From: an uncultured Methanosarcinales archaeon
GTDB lineage: Archaea; Nanobdellota; Nanobdellia; Woesearchaeales; CAYNLP01
Direction of reading: 5' to 3'
Length of the DNA stretch: 43,406 nt
NCBI GenBank assembly: GCA_964398115.1
Contig: CAYNLP010000006.1
Coordinates: 1-43,406, forward strand
The notes below the pieces were generated by a model. The model saw nothing but the letters and a program-made list of their open reading frames with translations, was not told the origin of the DNA and searched no databases. Position numbers and translations under genes: made by a program. Of this stretch, positions 6,574 to 15,523 are shown piece after piece (positions within the stretch are counted from its first letter, which is position 1; each line of letters opens with the position of its first letter).

Positions 6574-8886
6574 GTGAGTGACATTTTGAAAAAAACATTC
6601 CTACTCGGGGCCATCGTAATTCTTCTCATACCATTCACCACAGCCCAAACGTTAGTAACACAGCCAAATTCAGACTCTGTTAGAGAAGGAGAACAAAACA
6701 CTGTAGAGATACAAATACAAGACGTATCTAACCTAATAGGATATCAAACAAACTTGACCTACAATTCTAACGTCTTAAATCTAAATAGTGTCTCAGAAGG
6801 CAACTTCCTCGCTCAAAATTGCAATGATTGTACAATCTTCAACTGGTCACAATCCAATCCTGGAAACATATTCATCATCTCCCTAAGAAATGAAACCACC
6901 ACTGTTTCAGGATCAGGAACTCTAGTTACAATTGGATTTGATACTACCAGTTCTGGAGACGCTAACATCGGATTAGCAAATCCTTTATTATCAGATGATC
7001 AAGGAAACTCAATAAGTTTTTCCACCTCAATAAACTCATTCCAAGTACTAAGTGATGAAAAACAATTAACCATATTCGATGACACCGACAACCAGGAAAA
7101 AACAGTAGGAGAAGACATCAGATTCTCCGCTGCTTACGAGTACCAAGACGGTACACCTGTAACTGGAGCGAATTGTAGAGCAAGCTTTAATGGAGGAGAC
7201 ACGTTTGAAGATATGACTTATGATAGCAATGCTGGAACGTATACTTATGTTGCTAGTTTCCAAAACGCAAGCATTACGCAATGGATGGTCGATTGCGACG
7301 GTATGACCGCAACGGATGACTTAAACATAACCAATAACTGTATAGACAATGACGGAGATGGTTACGGCCAAAACTGCCTCCAAGGCAGCGATTGTGATGA
7401 CACCGAACCTGAATACCAAACTAGTTGTCCAGACTGGGATGCAGAATTACAACCTGTTCCTGCAAGAAGTAACGTACAAGTAGGCGATCAAGTAACTGTG
7501 CAAGTACAGGCTAACGTAAGTGACCTCATTGGATATCAATACGTGCTTGAGTTCAGCTCCAGCATGTTACAATTGGAAGAAGCAACTGGAGGCGAATTAT
7601 TAGGAAGAGGATGTTCTGATTGTACTTTCTTTGAAACTGTGAGAAGCGCTTCAAGCATGGTTGAAGTAGTAGGAGTTAACACAGAAAATATAAGCGTTAC
7701 TGGTTCAGGAATACTATCAGAATTTACATTCACAGTGACGGGAACAGGCCAATCTACCTTAAGCCTTCGAAATGCTACTCTAGCAGGACCCAATGATCAA
7801 GAGTTATTAGTTGATTTAGATCCTTCACAAATCTCTGCCACACAATCCACTACCGGCGGAAGCAGTTCTGGAGGTAGCGCTGGATCCGGCGGCGCCGGCG
7901 GAGGCGGCGGTGGAGGAGGCGGAGGCGGTGGTGGAGGAGGCGGTGGAGCGTTATTTGGAGAAGACCAATCATATCAAGAATCAAGTTGTGAAGAAAACTG
8001 GGAATGTGGTGACTGGAGCGCTTGTGTAGATGGAACACAAACCAGAGAATGCACTCAAACATCTAATTGTGATGTTACAACAAACAAGCCACCTGTTGAA
8101 AGAAGTTGTCAAGCGAGTTGCTCCGATGGGGTTATGAACGGTGGAGAAAAAGGAATTGATTGCGGAGGACCATGCGACAAAGTCTGTTCCTCTAGTGGCG
8201 GAGTTGTAGAAATGCAATTATCCGAAGAAGAAGCAAGTGACAAGGACATAAGCGTAGATATAACCAACCAAGGAAGAGATTTAAACCAAAACTTGAGAAT
8301 CCAAGTTCCCGAAACAGGTTTTGAACAAAAAGTTTCTCCACTAATGCCAGGCGAAACTGGAAGGTATAACCTCAAATTAGATCCAGTGAAGCTATTAGGC
8401 AAGAAAAGCGTTAAGGTAAGAACCTTCGATCAAGAGAGGCTTGTAGCTCAAAAGGAAATCCCTGTTAAGATTAGTGTTCCACATTTCAAAACATACCTGA
8501 GAGAGGTAAACGGTAGTGTGGAAGCTTACTTTGTAATAAATAATTCTGAAGATTCAAGAAAAAATGGTTTAGAAGTTGAAGTCAAAATTAAGAAAGACGG
8601 AGAAACTGTCTACACAGATTACTTTGGACAATATCATGCTAAACCAAACGAAATAACTGTAAAGAAAGAAGTGCTTAGAAACGCACGATTAGAAAAATCC
8701 AATTATACTGTTGAAAGTACTTTATACAATAAAGGTAAAGAAGAAGCAACTTCGTCAACTAGCGTCAATTTAGCTAGTGAAGGTAGCTTAATCACAGCTG
8801 CAGGGATAGGAATATTTATAGCGATACTAGCCGTTTCAGCCCTGCTAATATTCAGTTTGAAACGATGGTACTTGGATAAAGTTTAA
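6574..8886 (+). CDS. Cell-surface protein with two cohesin-like domains, a DxDGDG Cys motif, poly-Gly linker, Cys-rich modules and C-terminal TM anchor
   Basis: Signal peptide; repeated pattern (LIGYQ..L.Y/F...L....EG/GG.FL...VSGSGTL / VTGSGIL); CIDNDGDGYG..C..GSDCDD; CEENWECGDWSAC..G.QTREC; SCSDG..NGGE.GIDCGGPC. Confidence 0.8.
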   Translation: MSDILKKTFLLGAIVILLIPFTTAQTLVTQPNSDSVREGEQNTVEIQIQDVSNLIGYQTNLTYNSNVLNLNSVSEGNFLAQNCNDCTIFNWSQSNPGNIFIISLRNETTTVSGSGTLVTIGFDTTSSGDANIGLANPLLSDDQGNSISFSTSINSFQVLSDEKQLTIFDDTDNQEKTVGEDIRFSAAYEYQDGTPVTGANCRASFNGGDTFEDMTYDSNAGTYTYVASFQNASITQWMVDCDGMTATDDLNITNNCIDNDGDGYGQNCLQGSDCDDTEPEYQTSCPDWDAELQPVPARSNVQVGDQVTVQVQANVSDLIGYQYVLEFSSSMLQLEEATGGELLGRGCSDCTFFETVRSASSMVEVVGVNTENISVTGSGILSEFTFTVTGTGQSTLSLRNATLAGPNDQELLVDLDPSQISATQSTTGGSSSGGSAGSGGAGGGGGGGGGGGGGGGGGALFGEDQSYQESSCEENWECGDWSACVDGTQTRECTQTSNCDVTTNKPPVERSCQASCSDGVMNGGEKGIDCGGPCDKVCSSSGGVVEMQLSEEEASDKDISVDITNQGRDLNQNLRIQVPETGFEQKVSPLMPGETGRYNLKLDPVKLLGKKSVKVRTFDQERLVAQKEIPVKISVPHFKTYLREVNGSVEAYFVINNSEDSRKNGLEVEVKIKKDGETVYTDYFGQYHAKPNEITVKKEVLRNARLEKSNYTVESTLYNKGKEEATSSTSVNLASEGSLITAAGIGIFIAILAVSALLIFSLKRWYLDKV
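7853..7947 (+). repeat. GGN trinucleotide low-complexity tract encoding a Gly/Ser linker
   Basis: Run of GGC/GGA/GGT codons. Confidence 0.85.
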
Positions 8887-8919
8887 ATATAGGTATTAAG
8901 AAAAGAGGTGAATGATTCC

Positions 8920-9258
8920 ATGGTATATGTATTCGGTTTAAACATTCCAATTGTGGAAATACTGCTGATTCTTTTAGTTTTGTTAGCAGTAGGTTTAGGG
9001 CTGGTCTGGATAGAACTCAAAAAGTTGAGAAAACTCTTAAGCATGGAAAGAGGCGTGTTAAACCAGTTTGAACAAGACCTAAACAGGTTCGAATCAAACA
9101 AAGGTAAAGAACACGACCACGAATTAGAAAGCTATGTCAAAACCGCATTAGGAAGAGGAGCAAGTCCAGAAGAAATAAAACAAGTCCTTCAAAAGAGAGG
9201 TTGGGATGAACAAACCATAAACCAAGTCTTCCAAAGCGTTAGAGAAAAACAACAGTAA
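8920..9258 (+). CDS. Single-TM membrane protein with small C-terminal helical domain
   Basis: GAGGTGA SD before ATG 8920; TM helix; C-terminal LESYVKTALGRGASPEEIKQVLQKRGWDEQTINQVF. Confidence 0.75.
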   Translation: MVYVFGLNIPIVEILLILLVLLAVGLGLVWIELKKLRKLLSMERGVLNQFEQDLNRFESNKGKEHDHELESYVKTALGRGASPEEIKQVLQKRGWDEQTINQVFQSVREKQQ

Positions 9259-9297
9259 CTTTTTTAAACAACCTTGGTTTCCATCCTAACAAAGAAA

Positions 9298-9819
9298 ATG
9301 GCGAGATTAAGAAAAGGCGTAGCTGTAAGAGATAAAGAAAGACCTTACACTCGGAAGTCTAGAAAAACTAGTGAGAACTATGTCAAAGCAAGTCCAAACA
9401 ATCATATAGTAAAGTTCGACATGGGCAATCCAAACGAAGACTTCCCTGTAAGAGTCACTCTCAAAACGAAAGATGAATTGCAGATAAGACATAACGCGCT
9501 TGAAGCAGGAAGAAAAAGCGCTAACAAGTTACTGGAAGAAACATTAGGAACTGACAATTACAGAATGCGTCTACGAGTCTACCCACACCATATATTGAGA
9601 GAAAATCCTATGGCTACTGGAGCAGGAGCTGATCGTATGAGCGAAGGCATGACTCGAGCTTTTGGTAAACCTGTAGGTCTCGCTGCACAGGTTGATGAAG
9701 GACAACTAATAATTGAAGCTATGGTGAGGGAAAAGGATAAAGAATTAGCTAAGAAAGCATTGAAGAGGTTTAGTCATAAAATCCCCTGTAGTTGTCTTAT
9801 AGAAACTGAAGAAGATTAA
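9298..9819 (+). CDS. rpl10e: 50S ribosomal protein uL16 (L10e)
   Basis: RPYTRKS, QIRHNALEAGR, LRVYPHHILREN, GAGADRMSEGMTRAFGKPVG. Confidence 0.97.
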   Translation: MARLRKGVAVRDKERPYTRKSRKTSENYVKASPNNHIVKFDMGNPNEDFPVRVTLKTKDELQIRHNALEAGRKSANKLLEETLGTDNYRMRLRVYPHHILRENPMATGAGADRMSEGMTRAFGKPVGLAAQVDEGQLIIEAMVREKDKELAKKALKRFSHKIPCSCLIETEED

Positions 9820-10766
9820 ACGTTTTCTACTATTTTTTCTTTCAACTCATCTAATTCTGTTATTACAGGCCTATATTTTTTGAATTCTTCAATCTTTTCC
9901 TCGCTTAACAAATCCTTTTTGGTCAAAAATTCAATGACAGGTTTGTTCATTTCTTTAACGTTTTCAAACAATCTTTTCTGATCTTCCATTGAAAATGGTT
10001 CTGTCAAGTCCCAAACGTATACTAACAAGTCTGCGGCTTCTTCCATAGCTAGATGGGCTTGTTTTTCTATCTTGTTTCTTTTATCGGGTCTTGACAAAGT
10101 ACCGGGGGTGTCTATAAATTGTATTTTTTCATCGTTTATATGTTCATATCCAAGGTTCAATCTTTTGGTAGTGAAAGCGTATGATTTTATTTCAGGTGCA
10201 GATCCTGTCAAGTGTTTCAACAAAGTTGTCTTACCTACATTAGGAAATCCTGTAATAGCCACGGTTGGTAAGTCTTTAATTATAGGATACTCTATCATTT
10301 CTTTCCGGGCTTCCATTAAAACTTTCAATTCATCATCAATATCTTGTAGTAAGCTGGAAGCCCGGCCGTAGAACGCTTTACGATACTTTTTCATCTCGCT
10401 TATTTTTTCAGCTTCGTCAATCTTGTTCTGCGCATCTCCACCTAACTTATTTATTTTCTGAGCAGTCCATCTCACACTTGCAAGTGCTTGTTTGACCTCG
10501 TTGTAAGGAACTGTTAATTTGATAAGTTTTTCATAAAAAGAACCGAGATTGTTCATGCTAGGAAATTTGTCTCCGATTTCAAAGAGTTTGTTTGCTAATA
10601 CATCTCTTGAAGTTGAAACTCTGGCTATTTCTATCTTTCTCTGTTTTTCCTTCTTTTCATCTCTTAAAGAAGTCCGTCTGCTATGAGCAGTCTTTTTAGC
10701 TCGTTTAAACGCTATATCTAGATAGAACTGTGCGTCTTGAATTGTGGGAATTTTGTTAAAATCCAT
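9816..10766 (-). CDS. NOG1-family (Obg superfamily) GTPase
   Basis: GFPNVGKTT, YAFTTK, DTPG, TKKD; N-terminal helical domain; RNKIEKQA. Confidence 0.9.
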   Translation of the reverse strand: MDFNKIPTIQDAQFYLDIAFKRAKKTAHSRRTSLRDEKKEKQRKIEIARVSTSRDVLANKLFEIGDKFPSMNNLGSFYEKLIKLTVPYNEVKQALASVRWTAQKINKLGGDAQNKIDEAEKISEMKKYRKAFYGRASSLLQDIDDELKVLMEARKEMIEYPIIKDLPTVAITGFPNVGKTTLLKHLTGSAPEIKSYAFTTKRLNLGYEHINDEKIQFIDTPGTLSRPDKRNKIEKQAHLAMEEAADLLVYVWDLTEPFSMEDQKRLFENVKEMNKPVIEFLTKKDLLSEEKIEEFKKYRPVITELDELKEKIVENV

Positions 10767-10799
10767 ATTGTTAGAGAAATAGGATTTATTTAAAAGGTT

Positions 10800-11045
10800 T
10801 TAGTCCTCAATTTTTTCAACTTCGATAGCGTTGACAGGGCAAACTTCCGCGGCATCTTTAGCTGCTTGATATCCCTCTTCATCTATTATTAAAGTCCATC
10901 TCTCACTTTCTTCATCATAATCCGCACCTTTTAAATCAACTTTAGGCTCGCCTTCCGCGGCTTCCCAATGCTTTTCATCTACAGCTAGACAACTTAACAC
11001 TCCAATGCACGTGTCTCGGTCAAAAACTATTCTGTACTTAGCCAT
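10800..11045 (-). CDS. Single-cluster ferredoxin
   Basis: DRDTCIGVLSC...AAEVCPVNAI. Confidence 0.85.
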   Translation of the reverse strand: MAKYRIVFDRDTCIGVLSCLAVDEKHWEAAEGEPKVDLKGADYDEESERWTLIIDEEGYQAAKDAAEVCPVNAIEVEKIED

Positions 11046-11131
11046 ATGCAAAAATCGACTATACAGTAATTTTTAAGACTTTTCTTTTTTGGCAAACCTT
11101 TATAAACAAACGTGTTATCTCTGAATTAAAG

Positions 11132-11171
11132 CGTTCTGAGTTTCCCACTTGAGAGGAAGCTCGGGAGGACG
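11132..11171 (+). promoter_or_regulatory. Hairpin in the rps6e 5' leader overlapping the Shine-Dalgarno sequence
   Basis: CGUUCU/AGGACG and GAGUUUCC/GGAAGCUC stems with G-U pairs valid on +; GGAGG in the 3' arm; TATA TTTATAAA at 11099-11106. Confidence 0.6.
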
Positions 11172-11176
11172 AAACC

Positions 11177-11818
11177 ATGGCCTTAAAGCTTAACATTGGA
11201 ACTAAATCTGGAGAAACACATACTGAAGAACTCACTGATGATGAAAGCAAGCCCCTACAAGGCATGCAAATTGGAGATACTATTTCTGGAGATGAAATAG
11301 GATTCTCTGGTTACAAGTTTGAAATAACTGGTGGCAGTGACAACGCCGGCTTTCCTATGAGAAAAGATGTTAGCGGGACTCAAAGAAAAAGAGTTTTAGT
11401 AACTGGTGGTGTAGGATTTCGAGGCGATACTGAAGGAGAAAGAAGAAGGAGAACAGTAGCTGGAAACACGATCGGTAGAGAAACCGTTCAGGTAAATATT
11501 AAAGTCTTAGAAGAGGGAGACGAACCACTTGGAGAAGTAGAAAGCGAACAAGACAAAGGAGAAAGTGAAGAAAAGGAAAGCCCGGAAGAAGATGTTGAAG
11601 ATGAAAAAGAAGGAAGTGAAGACTCAGATGAATCTGAAGAAGAATCGAGCGAAGATTCCGAAGAAAAAGAAGAAAGTTCTGAAGAAGTTACGCGAAGTGA
11701 ATTAGAAAATATGACCAAGGATGAGATTAAAGAATATGCAGAGGAAGAACACAATGTTGAGTTAAGCACGGACGACTTAAAAGATGAAATGATCGATCAA
11801 CTCTTAGAACAAGTGTAA
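11177..11818 (+). CDS. rps6e: 30S ribosomal protein eS6 with long acidic extension and extra C-terminal helical domain
   Basis: FEITGGSDNAGFPMRKDV, GERRRRTVAGNTI, QVNIKV; then about 90 extra residues. Confidence 0.95.
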   Translation: MALKLNIGTKSGETHTEELTDDESKPLQGMQIGDTISGDEIGFSGYKFEITGGSDNAGFPMRKDVSGTQRKRVLVTGGVGFRGDTEGERRRRTVAGNTIGRETVQVNIKVLEEGDEPLGEVESEQDKGESEEKESPEEDVEDEKEGSEDSDESEEESSEDSEEKEESSEEVTRSELENMTKDEIKEYAEEEHNVELSTDDLKDEMIDQLLEQV

Positions 11819-11875
11819 AAGATTCAATCAACCAAGAACAACATTTATTAACTATTTTTTCTTTTCATTTCTAGT

Positions 11876-13552
11876 ATGTTTAAACAGTCAGTAATAGATG
11901 TTGTAAAACAATATGTAGACCTTTCTAACCAAGAAATAAAGGACTTGATAGAAATTCCCCCTGATCCCGAACTCGGTGACTATGCTCTACCTTGTTTTGA
12001 ATTGTCCAAGATTAGAAAAGATAGTCCTGAAAACATTGCGGAAGATTTATCCAATGAAATCCAAGTTGAAAAACCAATTGGAAGAGTGGAAAATAAAGGT
12101 CCTTACCTTAATTTTTTCATTGATGAGGAAAGTAGAGCAATAAATGTTGTAGAAAGAACTAATGCTGAATTGCTGGAAAAAGAGGAGAGTTCAAAAAAGA
12201 TTTTGATAGAATATCCTAGTCCTAACACGAATAAACCTTTGCATTTAGGTCATGTGAGAAACATGGTATTAGGCAGTAGCGTGGCTAATATTTTAGAGGC
12301 TAAAGGTCATGACGTTGTTGAAGTAAACTTGAATAATGATCGCGGAATCCACATTTGTAAATCAATGCTGGCCTATGAAAAGTGGGGAGATGGTGCTGAG
12401 CCAGACAAAAAATCTGATCATTTCGTAGGAGATTTTTACGTTAAGTTTGCAAAAAAAGCAGAAAAAAATCCAGAGTTGAAAGAAGAAGCACAAGAAATGT
12501 TGAGAAAATGGGAAAAAGACGATGAAGAAGTGAAGCGTTTATGGAAAAAAATGAATGAGTGGGCTTTGAAAGGTTTCAGAGAAACATATGAAAATTACAA
12601 CATTAGTTTTGATAAAGAATATTTTGAAAGTGACGTTTACAAACAGGGTAAAATTTTCATACAGAATAACAAGGATAAGTTCAAGGTTGATGATAATGGA
12701 GCTTTAATCGCCCCGTTAGAAAGAAAGTATGGAATTCAGGACAAAGCTGTCTTAAGAGGAGATGGAACAAGTATTTACGCAACTCAGGACGTTGGTTTAA
12801 CGTTACAAAAAATTAAGGATTTCAATCCCGACAAACAAATTTGGGTGGTGGCGAGAGAACAAAACCTTTACTTCAAACAATTATTCGCGATATTAGACAT
12901 GTTAGACATAGGCGACAAGGAAGATTATTATCATCTTAGTTATGGCATGGTCAACTTGCCAAGTGGTCGTATGAAAAGTAGAGAGGGAAAAGTCGTAGAT
13001 GCTGATGACTTATTAGAAGAGATGAAGAATTTAGCTAGGGAAGAAATAGAGAAGAGAAGAGATGAGTGGGAAGAAGAAAAAGTTGAAAAGGTCAAAGATG
13101 AAGTCGCACTCGCCGCTTTAAGGTTTTTTATTGCAAAATACGATCCAAAAAAAGATTTCACTTTTAACCCAGAAGAAAGTATTAGTTTTGAAGGCGATAC
13201 TGGACCTTACCTGCAATACACGCACGCTAGGATTTGCAGTATTTTAGAGAAAGCCGACAAAGATTTTGAAGATGCCGACGTTAGTAACCTGACAAGTGAA
13301 AAAGAACAAAGTTTATTAAGGGAGATGCAAAGTTTTCCAGCCAGTATAGATAGTGCAGCTGAGAGGTTAAGTCCTCACACTATTTGTAATAAATTACTTG
13401 AGTTAAGTCAATCTTTCAATACTTTCTACCATTCTTGCCCAGTCCTTAATTCAGATAAAGAAAAGGAAAGATTAAAATTAATAGCCGCGGTTAAGGAAAT
13501 GCTTTCAACAGGTCTAGAATTATTAGGTATTGAAGCTCCGGAGGAAATGTAG
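11876..13552 (+). CDS. argS: Arginine--tRNA ligase
   Basis: EYPSPNTNKPLHLGHVRN, MKSREG, FEGDTGPYLQYTHARICSI, FNTFYHSCPVL, APEEM C-terminus. Confidence 0.98.
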   Translation: MFKQSVIDVVKQYVDLSNQEIKDLIEIPPDPELGDYALPCFELSKIRKDSPENIAEDLSNEIQVEKPIGRVENKGPYLNFFIDEESRAINVVERTNAELLEKEESSKKILIEYPSPNTNKPLHLGHVRNMVLGSSVANILEAKGHDVVEVNLNNDRGIHICKSMLAYEKWGDGAEPDKKSDHFVGDFYVKFAKKAEKNPELKEEAQEMLRKWEKDDEEVKRLWKKMNEWALKGFRETYENYNISFDKEYFESDVYKQGKIFIQNNKDKFKVDDNGALIAPLERKYGIQDKAVLRGDGTSIYATQDVGLTLQKIKDFNPDKQIWVVAREQNLYFKQLFAILDMLDIGDKEDYYHLSYGMVNLPSGRMKSREGKVVDADDLLEEMKNLAREEIEKRRDEWEEEKVEKVKDEVALAALRFFIAKYDPKKDFTFNPEESISFEGDTGPYLQYTHARICSILEKADKDFEDADVSNLTSEKEQSLLREMQSFPASIDSAAERLSPHTICNKLLELSQSFNTFYHSCPVLNSDKEKERLKLIAAVKEMLSTGLELLGIEAPEEM

Positions 13553-13557
13553 AAAAA

Positions 13558-14220
13558 GTGGATATAGAAGAATTAGAAGATGAAATTCCTGAAAAGTGTT
13601 ATCAAGAATTAGAAAAACATGGTTTTACAACTTTAAGACCGGCACAGTACAAAAGTGTAGAGAAAGGTTTGTTTCGAGATGAAAACTTACTTGTAGCGAC
13701 TCCTACCGCTTCGGGAAAAACTCTTGTGGCAGAATTAGCTTTCTTAAATGCGGTTTTAAACGATGAGGGAAAAGCCGTTTATGTTGTGCCGTTAAAAGCT
13801 CTAGCCAGTGAAAAGTATAAGGATTTCACCCAAAGATATCCCGAGTTAGATATTGCAATGAGCAGTGGTGACATGGATAGTGAAGATAGTTATTTGAAAA
13901 ATTATGATATAGTAATCACCACGTCAGAAAAGTTTGATAGTTTACTGAGACATCATGCAGAGTGGATTAATGATGTCAAAGTTTTGATAGTGGATGAAAT
14001 TCATTTGATGAATGACGGTAACCGAGGACCGACTTTAGAAGTGGTCATTACTTTAATGAGGAAGATACTTGAAGATTTGCAAATAATAGGTTTATCCGCT
14101 ACGGTTGGGAATCCTGAAGACATGGCGGATTGGCTTGATGCAGGATTGGTTGAGGATGAGTGGAGACCAGTTCGCCTGGATAAAGGAGTCTATCATGATG
14201 GAAAGATTGAGTTTGTTTAA
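13558..14220 (+). CDS. Hel308/Ski2-like DEAD/DEAH helicase, N-terminal RecA1 domain only
   Basis: Q motif LRPAQ, PTASGKT, PLKALA, TTSEK, DEIH, SAT, WRPV.L then stop at 220 aa. Confidence 0.85.
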   Translation: MDIEELEDEIPEKCYQELEKHGFTTLRPAQYKSVEKGLFRDENLLVATPTASGKTLVAELAFLNAVLNDEGKAVYVVPLKALASEKYKDFTQRYPELDIAMSSGDMDSEDSYLKNYDIVITTSEKFDSLLRHHAEWINDVKVLIVDEIHLMNDGNRGPTLEVVITLMRKILEDLQIIGLSATVGNPEDMADWLDAGLVEDEWRPVRLDKGVYHDGKIEFV

Positions 14221-14672
14221 GACGCTAGGTATATCATTTCTTCTGTGAGAAATCCTTCTTTCTTTATTTCTTCCATCATGAAAAATTCTCGAGTTTCTTC
14301 TACTCCTAATTCTGAAATTTTGTCATTGAATTCTTTTAAGCTTTTCATATCTTTGAACAATACTTCTGCTAAATAGTCGTAGCCGTTGTTGACTCGGTAA
14401 AGATTATTCACGTTTTCACAGTTTTTCAAAAACTTCCCGAATTCTTGTCTTTGACTTGTGGGAACTCTCATCAGCATTGCAACTTTTAGGTCAAATCCTA
14501 ATTTTTCAAAGTCTAGCAACACTGTGTGTCGCTTTACTAAGTCTCCTTTGTACTTCTTTATTCTGTCATGGATGGTGCTGACGGGAACTCTGATAGCTCT
14601 ACTCATACTTGTTAGGTTTTCTCGTCCATTGTTTCTAAGTCTACAGAGTATTTTCAAATCTTTTTCTTTCAT
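14217..14672 (-). CDS. Lrp/AsnC family transcriptional regulator
   Basis: DLKILCRLRNNGR..LTSMSRAIRVPVSTIHDRIKK HTH; LDFEKLGF; RAM-like C-terminal domain. Confidence 0.9.
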   Translation of the reverse strand: MKEKDLKILCRLRNNGRENLTSMSRAIRVPVSTIHDRIKKYKGDLVKRHTVLLDFEKLGFDLKVAMLMRVPTSQRQEFGKFLKNCENVNNLYRVNNGYDYLAEVLFKDMKSLKEFNDKISELGVEETREFFMMEEIKKEGFLTEEMIYLAS

Positions 14673-14802
14673 CTTATTTCACCTCAGACGCCCCCTCTTT
14701 TTGTAATTGTTATAAAACTTTCAGTATATAACTTTACTTGAAATAAAGAATAGGGTGTATATTTTGCATATATTCCGGTTTAGATGGTTAGAATTCGAAA
14801 AG

Positions 14803-15444
14803 TTATATTTCTTGATAAACTTCTCCGTAAGCAGTCATTGATGTAACTCCCATTATCATACTAAAGTAGGCGCTTAAGATTAATGGAGCTACAATCGTGA
14901 ATGAAGTTATTGAAGAAGCTATTCCTAACACTATACTTCCTAAGAACCCGTATACCATTACAAAGAGCCATGTGATAAAGTATTCTCCGGTAAGTACTTT
15001 ATCTAGAATGTTTGAAATTTGGAAAGCGTCTTTGAATTCAAATTCTTGGACATAGTGCATTAGAACCATAGGCATTATGTATCCGAGTATTGCCATGAGT
15101 ACTAGTATTAATATTATCATAAATCCTCCTGCAATCATGTTTCCTGGCCTACCGTGGGTTATGCCTTGTCCTGTAGTTATTATTGCTATGAACCCTATTA
15201 TGATGAAGGGTAGTGCGTATAGAAATCCTACAACGGCTGCTGTTATTCCTTTAATGAAGAGTTCTGTCCAATTTTCCCACTCGGGAAGTTTTTCTTCTGG
15301 TTTTTTCGCACAATTTAGAGTGTATCCTGCTACGAACAATCCTGTTATGAGGTTGACAAAAGGGATTAGTCCTAGGAGTGCTCCTATCGTTAGTTTTTTG
15401 AAGTTTTGAAAGGGTCTTTTTATTGCTTTCTTAAAGTCTACCAT
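14803..15444 (-). CDS. DUF4013-like membrane protein
   Basis: DFKKAIKRPF, LIPFVN..VAGY, LPEWENW.ELF.KG, FKDAF; several TM helices. Confidence 0.8.
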   Translation of the reverse strand: MVDFKKAIKRPFQNFKKLTIGALLGLIPFVNLITGLFVAGYTLNCAKKPEEKLPEWENWTELFIKGITAAVVGFLYALPFIIIGFIAIITTGQGITHGRPGNMIAGGFMIILILVLMAILGYIMPMVLMHYVQEFEFKDAFQISNILDKVLTGEYFITWLFVMVYGFLGSIVLGIASSITSFTIVAPLILSAYFSMIMGVTSMTAYGEVYQEI

Positions 15445-15523
15445 CTTTCTTTTGTTAAGAAAGTGGTGGGTTATTTAAGATTTTGTCTAAAAATTATTTT
15501 TTGTCTATATGGAAAATAATTGT

